This document shows positions 33,501-43,400 of a DNA stretch of 64,000 nucleotides, one piece after another; positions within the stretch are counted from its first letter, which is position 1, and the number at the start of each line of letters is the position of its first letter. The notes below the pieces were generated by a model. The model did no database searches. It worked only from the letters and a program-made list of their open reading frames with translations, and was not told where the DNA came from. The DNA comes from Macrostomum hystrix (lineage: Eukaryota; Animalia; Platyhelminthes): NCBI GenBank assembly GCA_950097015.1, contig CATNEN010000037.1:1364001-1428000 (forward strand), read 5' to 3'. The translations under genes and the position numbers were made by a program.

Positions 33501-36500
33501 TGCCCGGCCGGACGAGGTGAGTCGACTGCTCAACCGGGTCTACCAGAAGGAGTCCGGCTCCGAGCGTAAGCTGAAGGTGAGCGACAGCGAGCGGAGCTTA
33601 TTAGAGAACCAGTCGGCCCAGTCCACCGTGTGCTACGTGTTCAGCTGCGCCAGCAGTGGCGCCGAGACCAGCAGAAGGTTGGACGCCAAGGAGAAGCTGA
33701 CGGAAGAGGAGATGAAGCAGTTTCTGAACGAGCGTCAATTAGAAGTGGAGTACAATGGCCGGCTGTTTGTGGTGAAGAATATGCAACTGTTCAGAGTAAA
33801 CACGGCCGAGTTTCAGAGCGGACAGACTATCGCCACCTCGTCAGTTCAGGTGAATTCTTATTCCAGAGTGTTTACAGAAGCCGATCAGCAACAATTAGCA
33901 CTTTATGCTCCCTCCAAGGAGCTGGACGCATTTTCAGTCGCGATGACTGTACGAGTGTTCAAGTTTCATAAAGTTAAATTTAAAATACCAAATATACTTG
34001 ACTTACTTGACTTAGCGGCAGGGAGCCTCCATGACGGACGCAGCGAGGAGGCGGCCGGTGCCGCCCATATCGCTAACCCCTGGCAGCCGGACGGCCTCCA
34101 GCGAGGCGGTGCCGCTCAGGGTGGTCCGTCGGTCGGTTCCGCCGCGTGATCTCCCTCGCCATAGGCTGGGAAGAAAACAGCTCGGCCGGTATCGCGGAGG
34201 AAGTGGGCGAGCTGTGGAATGCTCTCGGGCGAGCAGGCTTCGACTAGGGTCGGCACCGGCCCAAGATGTTTTAGCCTAGCCCGGGTGAAGGCCGGGCAGT
34301 GGCAGATGAAATGCTCGGCGTTTTCACGTCCGGAGCAGCAGAAGGGACACGTTTCCTCAGGCACGTGGCCTTGGAGGTAGCGGTGTCTGGTGAAGCAGCC
34401 ATGTCCCGAGAGGGCCATGGTGACTGCTCTCAGGTCTCTGCGATTTAGCCTAAGCAAGGCTTTACGCAGGCTACTAGAGGGGGTTGGCACCGCAGCCCTG
34501 GACTGGCGACAGTTCAGGGTGCTAGACCACCTCCTTCGGTGCTGGGTCTCCATCCAGCGGTTGATGTTGGAGTTGACCACAGAAATAGGGATCGGGGCCT
34601 CCGGGCCCGGGCCCATCAGGGAGCTGGCTGCTCCAACCTTAGCAAGCTGGTCCGCCATCTCATTCCCTGTGAGCCCGGCGTGCCCAGGTATCCACGTCAG
34701 CTCCACCTTGTTAGACTGCGCCAATCCGTTTAACTGGGTGTGGCAGTCTAAGGTGGTTCTGGAACGAGAGGTGTAGCGGCTGAGGGCCTTGAGAGCTGCT
34801 TGACTGTCGGAGTGAAAGAAAATCCTTCGTCCAGTCAGCTGCCTCTGGCGCAGTTCAGCCGCACAGAGACATATACACTCGTATATATTTTTTTATTTCG
34901 GAATTTTTATATTTGCATTCTTTAGAATGGGATTCTTTAGAATGGGATTCTTTAGAATGGGATTCTTTAGAATGGGATTCTTTAGAATGGGATTCTTTAG
35001 AATGGGATTCTTTAGAATGGGATTCTTTAGAATGGGATTCTTTAGAATGGGATTCTTTAGAATGGGATTCTTTAGAATGGGATTCTTTAGAATGGGATTC
35101 TTTAGAATGGGATTCTTTAGAATGGGATTCTTTAGAATGGGATTCTTTAGAATGGGATTCTTTAGAATGGGATTCACTTGATATTATGTTACTAATAGTA
35201 GTGATAAATGTATCAAAATATCCGACTCACAAAGGTCACAAAGAAGCTGGAATTGCACACGTTGAAGCTCAAGACCGACGCTGAGCTGCCCGGAGACAGT
35301 GCCGCGGTCAGCAGAGCTGCATGCGCGAACGCGCCTTACTCGTACAAGGGCTGCTACGAAGACAGCGACTCCTCGCCGGATTTGAATGGTTTCACCAGAC
35401 AGGCTCCGGGCATGGAGGTTAGAACGATTGATCGCACTTGGAGAGGGCTGGGGTGGCTGTGCGTTTGTGGATTGGCTGGAGAGGGCTGGGGTGGCTGTGC
35501 GTTTGTGGATTGGATGGAGAGGGCTGGGGTGGCTGAGCGTTTGTGGATTGGTTCAGAGAGTACGAATCAAGGCCCAGTGTCACTGATGCTGCTGACCCCC
35601 TCCTGCTCCCCCGTTGACGTCCCCATCCCGCAGGCTCGCCAGTGCTACGAGCTGTGCTCCAGTCGCGGCTTCGGCTACTTCGGCCTGCAGGCCGGCGATC
35701 GCTGCAGCTGCGGCGCGTCCTACGGCCGCTATCGAATGCGGCCGGACTCGGAGTGCTCAGAAGTGTGCTCAGGCAACGCTGCTCAGCGCTGCGGTGGCCA
35801 GCTGAGGAACTCCGTGTTCGGCATCGACTCAACAGCGGCCAGTTCATCGTCGGCGACTCCTGCCCAGCCGAGCGGGCCCGATAATGTGTACAATTCGACC
35901 CACTTCGAGTACCGCGGCTGCTACGCTGAGCCTGGCGGAGTTGGTGACGATAACAGTCGACAGCCTTGGCTGACGGAGCGTCTGGAAGGTATGACGGTGG
36001 AGGCCTGCTACGATTTCTGCTCAAGGGCCGGTGGCGGTGACCGCCGCATGCCCTGGTTCCTGCTGCGATCCGGCGTCGAGTGCCAGTGCCGACGACGGCT
36101 GCTGACAGCCAACGGCGGAGGCGGCCGGCTGAAGCGACTCAGCGATGCCGACTGTCGCCAGAGCTGCGGCGGCAATCAACGACAGGCGTGCGGCGGTGCC
36201 AACGGTGCCGTTTCGATCTACGCAGCGGCCAGCCTGCGCGAGAGTGTGCCCGCGTTCGGTGACAGAAGCGGCATCGGCGGCTTCGGCAGCGACTGGAGCC
36301 TCCAGTTGGCCGGCGCGTCGAGCGCCTCCGCCTCGGTTTCGCCGGCAAAATCAAAGACTTCGGCGAGCTACTCGGAGCTCGGCTGTCCGGCGGCCAAGGA
36401 TGCCTTCCTGGAGACCAGCTCGCTGCAGACGTCCGATCTGACGCCGAAGGACTGCGACAACTTCTGCCGCGGTGAGGACGCCACGACGAAGTACTTTCGC

Positions 36501-36740
36501 ATCAGGCAGCTGAGCGGCGGTCGCGGGGGCGGTGGATTCGGCGGATTCTTCAACAATAACGGTGGCGGCGGGGCTTTCGGCGGCGATTTCGGCTTCGGCG
36601 GCGGCGGCGGCGGCGGAAGCTTCAGCGACAGAGTCTGCTCCTGCCTGTACGCCATGATGCCGGAGGCGCGCATCGGGTTCGGCGGCAGTGGCGGCCGCAA
36701 CGACTGCGGCTTCAAGTACTTTGCCATCGGGGGCCGTTGA
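30530..36740 (+). CDS. Secreted protein: signal peptide + unnamed about 410-aa domain + 2 WSC domains + Gly-rich degenerate WSC, about 839 aa
   Basis: join(30530..31123,33214..33849,35235..35417,35634..36740), all phase 0. The exon-3 acceptor (aag at 35232-35234) is the least certain junction. WSC patterns: YKGCYED...ARQCYELC...[12 protein letters not shown]...[11 protein letters not shown] and YRGCYAE...[10 protein letters not shown]...[11 protein letters not shown]. Confidence 0.8.
31150..33180. repeat. 18-bp minisatellite with higher-order blocks (WSC gene intron 1)
   Basis: Unit ggacaggtaggataaata. A variant block recurs near 31740, 32515 and 32975. Confidence 0.96.
33998..34870 (-). mobile_element. 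5'-truncated non-LTR retrotransposon (RNase H-bearing, LOA/R1/I-like)
   Basis: Open frame 34870 to 34116: [12 protein letters not shown]...[19 protein letters not shown] (RNase H) and CPFC...[10 protein letters not shown] (CCHC). It has a (TAAGTCAAG)n tail and a candidate 6-bp TSD ATATAC at 33992-33997 and 34871-34876. Confidence 0.88.
34916..35175. repeat. Perfect 15-bp tandem repeat
   Basis: (ttctttagaatggga) about 17 times. Confidence 0.97.
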
Positions 36741-36905
36741 GATTATTTTCATTCGATTCTTCACACCAAATACAATGCAAGAAAGTTCATGAATTTGTTA
36801 AACTGTGCTTTATTCTATAAAACAGCAGCCAAATCAGCGGACTTTATTGTCAGGTTTTTTAAAGAAAATTTAATTTTCTTTATGACTAAGAGATGTTTCA
36901 AATGA

Positions 36906-37165
36906 TTGCAATGGCACATCATTTGGTGACCCTAGACCTGCAGCCAGCGAGGAGGCAATTCTGCCCATTTCGCTGACTCCTGAGCACACACTCACACAGG
37001 TGTGTACATCTGCCCTGACTTTCTCATTGTCAGGCAGTGTACACTTTCACTGTGCCTTGGAGGTTGGCCCTCAAAGGGCGTAAATTGCGTGGCCTCGCCG
37101 CGGAATCGAGCTCAGGGACCTTGCTGCGAGAGGCCAACGCAATAAACGCTCTGCCACCGACCCCC
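36906..37165 (-). mobile_element. SINE family A copy (internal deletion)
   Basis: Colinear with 60845-61158 except for an about 45-bp deletion. Confidence 0.85.
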
Positions 37166-37456
37166 TGATGGAGGGCTGAGTAGTGCCAAGAAAGTGTGAG
37201 TAGAAACTAAAACCAATAAGCAGACGAGACAAAACTGTTGAAAAGTTTTCTTTCTCCAAGAAATTTCCAAACACATTCGCCGAGTCGCAGGTTATAAAAT
37301 ATGCAGACGTTTTATTTTTTCAGACTAAATTAAACTAAGCCAAGGCTGGGAATAGATAAAATGAAAAGCTTAGAAAATAGTGGAAACAGGTGTGACAACG
37401 CATCCATACAAATACCTATCAATAGACTACGGTAGTTGATCGCTGAGCACAGCAGC

Positions 37457-40400
37457 TCAGATAGACCAGCCGCATTTTATGTAATTAGAGTAGGGCGACT
37501 GCAGCAGCATCTGCGGCAGCTGAACGTCATCGGCCGCCGCGTCAACGTCAACGGCACCGGCGAATGCAGTCAGCAGACGCCTGGCCAGCTGCAGTCTTGC
37601 AGCGGCCTGAGAGACTTCGGCGAAGGCCGACGACTGGAGCGCCGGATCTGGCCAGGCGGCTGATCTGCCTGTAGCCGTAGCCGTAGTTTCAGTCGCAGTG
37701 GGTGCAGCCGTAGCCGTAGCCGTAGTTTCAGTCGCAGTGGGTGCAGCCGTAGCCGTAGCCGTAGTTTCAGTCGCAGTGGGTGCAGCCGTAGCCGTAGCCG
37801 TAGTTTCAGTCGCAGTGGGTGCAGCCGTAGCCCAAGCCGTAGTTTCAGTCATCACATTGGGTGTAGCCGTAGCAGTTGCCGTAGCCATTCGCTCAGTCAA
37901 GCGACGCAAACAGTCGACCGACACAACAGGCGGAGTGGTAACGGCGACGGCGAGAAGGCTGGCCACCAGTCTTCGGCAGAGCATCAGCGGATCCCAGCAG
38001 ACGTTCATCTCGCTGCGGTCGAATAGTCGAATCGGCTTAGCCTGAAGTTTTTTTTAACGAATGTTGGAAGCGGTCAGGGAAAGAGCCGAATATCAATCAA
38101 TACTGTCCGTGGACAGTTATCCCATAAGCCCTTAGCTCGCCTCAGCAATGCTGGCCTCGATTCGTTCGGCGTAAAATCCGTCCACAAGCCAGGTGAGGAC
38201 TCGTTCTGAGATCGCGTCACAAAGCCACTGCTGCACCTTGGTGCCGGCAACAGCGGATGATGACAGGCAGTGGACGAGCCAGTCGAGACACTTTGAGGAG
38301 CTCGCCGGCTCGTCTGCATTGGAGTGGGAATAGGAATGCTACTCTCCTCAGTTATCCCCTTTTTATTTCCCCAATTCTCCCTCCGGTTCTCTCCCCAATA
38401 CTTCCTCCGTTTAATTCTCTCCCCAATTCTTCCTCCGTTTCTCTCCCAATTCTCCCCCGTTTCTCTTTCCAATTCTCCACCCGTTTCTCTCCCCAATTCT
38501 TCCTCCGTTTCTCTCCCTAATTCTTCCTCCGTTTCTCTCCCCAATTCTTCCTCCGTTTCTCTCCCTAATTCGTCCTCCGTTTCTCTCCCCAATTCTTCCT
38601 CCGTTTCTCTCCCCAATTCTACCTCCGTTTCTCTCCTAAATTATTTCCCGTTTCTCTCCCCTATTCTCGCTCCATTTCCCTCTCAATTTTCCCCCCATTT
38701 CTTCCCTAACTCCCCCCCAGTGAGCTCACCCCAGCCAGCAAGGGCGGACAGGCAGCCGCAGGTCTCGGTCGTGACATCATCCGAGTCATCCATTAGGCCT
38801 GTGGCGGCCGCCTCCCACAGATCGAGTCGATCGGCTGGCAGATGAAATTGTGAAAGGAACGATTAAAAAATACTTCATTCGAAGGCTAAGTGGCGGAGCG
38901 GTCTAACGCGTTTGCCTCTCGCACCAAGGTCCCTGAGCTCGATTCCACGGCGAGGCCACATTCATTTAGGGTGCAGCCGCGGAGAGAAGGCTTGGTGGGT
39001 TGTCGTGCAATTTACGCCCTTGAGGGCCAACCTCCAAGGTACAGTGAGAGTGTACACTGCCTGACGATGAGAAAGTCGGGGCAGATGTACACACCTGTGT
39101 GAGTGTGTACTCAGGAGTCAATGGGTTGGGCAAAATCGCCTCTTCCCTGGATACGGGTCCGCAGTTTCCCGTAGCAATAGTAAGCATGCTCACCAATGTC
39201 CAGCTCGTTACAGGCAGTGGAAAAGTCGAAAACATTCGACCGGCGATCGTCGCCGTCAGAGCAGCGGTCGCGCACAGCCTTCGCCGAGGCCAGACGCAGT
39301 CGGTCCGGTTGATCGAAGGCGGCCAGCCTCAGGAGCAGCCGGCCGCAGCCGTCGCCGCCGCGGTCAGCAACCAGTCTGGTCCACAGCCGCAGGCAGGGCT
39401 CAACAGCCGGATTGTCGCCGGAGAGAGCCAGGACACGTAGCCGGTTGAGCAAGCTCGGCTCGTCCTCGAGCAGCTGACTTCGTCGCGCCGATGACGACGA
39501 CGATCGACGACGCCGCCGAGGACGATTGAAGGCGCCGCGCCCGAGGAACTCGGCGGCCAGGCCGGCCACGGTGCCATCGGGTGGGCGGCCGTTGCAGCCG
39601 CGGCCAAGTAGGAGGCGGACAGCGCAGGCCTGCAGGCTCGGACTGGACAGCAGGTCGGACTGGAGAGGACAGCGCGGCGATTCGTGCAGCAGCCAGTCCA
39701 GGGCCACGCACTGGATCTGCGGGGGTGGCGGCGGCGTACCGTACATGCAGATCCTAAATCCGATAGCTGAACACGCGTGTCAGATCATAAGAACTAATCA
39801 TTTACAATTGATTTCACGGGGCCAGATGTGCAGCTGACAGCACAGCCGCAGATATTGCGCAGAGCATCTGAAGGCTGCGTACGGCTGTTCAGTCCATGGA
39901 CTGGTGGGACGCCACACCAGAGTGAAGTGAGTTGCTAGAGGACACAATTTTTCCAGTGGAGTCGGGAATCGAACCCCCGACCTTCAAGTTGCGAGTCCAA
40001 AGCTCAAACCACAACCTCTACAAGCATCCAATAAGCAGCTTGTAGCCGACCAAGAGGTCTCGAGTTCGAATCTCAGCCAAAAGAAAAAATCTTCCCAGTC
40101 CGCAGACTGAATAGCTGTACACAGCAGGAAGCGCCACGCACGCAAGCTTCCCATATAAAAAACCTGGCCCGCTAATCCCCAAGCGGACTCACCTCGGCGC
40201 ACCACTCCGTCGGCATCTCCAGCCAGGTGAGCAGGAGGCCCGCAGCGGCCGAGCTGGCCAAATCCGGCACGTGACTAACGGCGGAGCGCTGGCCCAGTGC
40301 GCGCAGCAGCTCGCAGGCAAGCTGCATGCAGGCCGCGTACATGTCAGGGCCGCCCGGGGCTTCCAGTAGAAACGGTGGGCGCGCGGAGGAAGCGGCATTG

Positions 40401-43400
40401 AATGGATCATCGCGCAGTCGGCGGCCGATCAGGCTGACCAGGCGACCGTCCGCGGACTGCAGCAGGCGTAGCGCAGCCTCCGGGCTGAGCGGCCGGAGTA
40501 GGGCGCGTAGGGCTCGAGCGAACTCCGCGGCCAGAGTCAGGCAGCAGCCGCCGCGGTCACCGCCGCTCGACGGTGGCAGGGCGAGCCAGCGCAGGCGGTC
40601 CAGGCACAGGCCAGCCAGGCGGCCGAACACCAGCTGCCGCTCTTCGACGCCGATCAGCGCCGAGGCCAGTTCGTCGGCCACGGCAGCCAGTTGAAGCAGG
40701 ACTCCGTGCAGCTGGTTGGTGCCGAAGTGACCGACGGCTGGCGAGGCCATCGGCAGGCCGTCTTGCAGGAGGCGTTCAGCCAAGCCAGCTAGCTGGTGGC
40801 CGGGCACAATGGCGGCGAGGGCACGGGCAGACAACCGGCGGACTCGGATCATCGGGCTGGCGCCGCAGCTGCGGGATGCGAGCGTAGAATAGAGCCAGTG
40901 TGCTCTGACCCACAGCTGACCTACTGCTCAACGTGACCCACACCTGACCCACAGCTCACCCTGACCCACACATGACCCACAGCTGACCTACTGCTCACGC
41001 TGACCCACAGCTCACCCTGACCCACACCTGACCCACAGCTCCCCCTGACCTACAGCTCCCCCTGACCTACAGCTCCCCCAGACCTACAGCTCACCCTGAC
41101 CCACAGCTCACCCTGACCTGCAGTTCACTCTGACCTACAGCTCACCCTGACCCACAGCTCAACTTGACCTGCAGTTCACCCTGACCTACAGCTCACCCTG
41201 ACCCACAGCTCAACTGACCTACAGTTCACCCTGACCTACAGCTCACCCTGACCTACAGCTCACCCTGACCCACAGCTCACCCTGACCCACAACTGACCCA
41301 CAGCTCACCCTGACCCACAACTGACCTACAGCTCACCCTGACCTACAACCTACACCCTAAACCCTTCGAAGGATTTCGCATATTGATGCAGAGTTTTAGT
41401 GCAAAGCTTATCACGCAGTCATATTCCTTATAGTGCTATGCGTGTAATAAATACGAACCGAAGTCTAATCTCCAGTTGAGTTGAATTAAAAGTCTAGATG
41501 ATAAAACCCACTGCAGGCGAGACAGCAAAGCAGACTTTGATGCCAACAAGCAACCAGCTTCGTGGAAAAATTGCTGTCGCAATCTATCTGTCGGTCTATT
41601 ATAATTTTCACTCACAATAAGTGTTTTTCATTGTTCAGCTAAGAGATGGACAGACATCTATCTCATGTAGTCAGTCAAGTTGTCTCAATATTGACTCAAA
41701 AACAGAACTGTCCATCTCTCTCTAGACTGTCTGACCCCGATGGGAACAATTCTTAGCCTTGTAGTTTGCAAAGCCTCAGTAGCACGTACAGCTGGCTAGC
41801 CCGTTTTTTTCATCAACTTTTTTAAAGTTTCCAAGTTTTGAGTAAGGGGCCACAGGCCACACCCTCCAACCAGGTGCGCGAGATCTGGGAGAGCAAACAG
41901 TCTGCCGATTAGAATTGTATATAAGTACAAATAGGTAGCTGAGCAAGATAAGAATGCGGGCCATAGCATGCCAGAATTTCAGGCCCAGCGACACCTGTAA
42001 ATAATTGGACCAGAATGCTGACCTGGCCGCCAGAACAGCGCAGGGAGATGCTAAGGCGCTACCTGAACGACTCTTACCTGGATACCCTGCTGGACACTCA
42101 TGTCGACTGCCTGGTTGACAGCTCTAGCCTAGACTGCGCCACCGCCACCGCCCTAGGCATTCTAGCCGGCATTGTTGTCCCGGCAACGGTTGCCATGGGA
42201 ACAGTGGGTAATCTGCTCACTGTACACGTTGTCATGAGCCGCATCAAGCATCGGAGCCGGTTGCACTTTTATCTGGCCTGCATCGCCCTGTCAGACTGGG
42301 GCAACCTCATCTCCTGGGGCCTCGGCTGGCAGATCCTCGCCAAAGGCCTGCCCTGGCTCACCGACGGTCAGGTTGGGATAATTATCCCTAACGTGTCGGA
42401 CGCAGTGTGCCGCATGTTTCGTTTTGTGCACAATTTCTTTCACGCCCTGTCGGCCAACTGGTTCCTGCTGATGACCCTGGACCGTCTCAACGCCCTCTAC
42501 AGGCCGCTGGCGGCCCGCTCCCTCAGCTTGCGCTCTGCGGCCCGAGCGGCCGGTCTTGGCCTCGTCATCACGCTGCTCATGACGGCCCCCGTGCCCGCAT
42601 TCTGGGGCTGGTACCGGCTCATTCACGCAGGCGCCGGCCGGATCGCCTGCCTGCAGGTGCCATTCTACGGTGAAGTCATTCGAATGTGGACAATTTTCTC
42701 TAGCGTGCTGCTGATGCTGCCGCCGACACTCCAGATGCTGCTAGTCTCCATCTGCAATGTGCTGCTGCTGGCCCGGCTCTTTCATTATCGCCGCACCGCT
42801 GGCAAGTTCATCGGCGATGCCAGGCGACACGGAGGCAGCAGGTTCGCAGACGAGCTGGCCCCGACCCTGGTCGTGGTTGCGCTGTCCATCATATTCTTGG
42901 TCTCCGGCCTGCCCATCTGCGTCGTCGGCTTCGTCGTAATGCAACGCACCGTCTTCGGTGACGGCGGCGACAAGGGCGACGGCGGAGGCGAAGTGATCAG
43001 CCTGCGCTCCGTCTACAACATCGGCGACATCGGCCAGATTCTGATCCTCATTAACCAGGCGGTGAACTGGGCGGTGCTGCTGTGGAAGGATCGCCAGTTT
43101 CGGGACGGCTTCCTGGCAGTGATTCGACGCTCGCCGTCATCAAGAGATCAACGCACGTCGGCCGTCGGCTGGCAGCTTCGGGAGCGTCCGGGTGATCGCC
43201 GTCAGGAGGCCGACATTCGGCGGGACTATTCACATGATCCGATGGGATCTGGGATTCGGAACTCGAGTCAGCAACAGGCCGAGACTGCAAGCCAGCATGA
43301 ACAACAGCATGATCAACAGCATGACCAACAGCATGACCAACAGCATGACCAACAGCATGACCAACATCATGATCAAAAGCATGACCAACAGCATGATCAA

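Noticed and set aside
33850-34149. C-terminal extension of the 33214-34149 ORF
   Set aside because: It follows a cag|gtgaat donor and runs into the antisense LINE tail, so it is intronic read-through.
35208-35234. ATG at 35208 as the start of a stand-alone 510-aa WSC protein
   Set aside because: There is no signal peptide, and the ORF reads through an obvious intron (35418-35633). It is better explained as exons 3-4 of the gene starting at 30530, though not formally excluded.
39050-39092. Hammerhead ribozyme in SINE A (CTGACGA...GAAA)
   Set aside because: There is no stem II or stem III/UH arrangement, the copy at about 37030 reads CTGACAA, and the motif is sequestered in a simple long hairpin.
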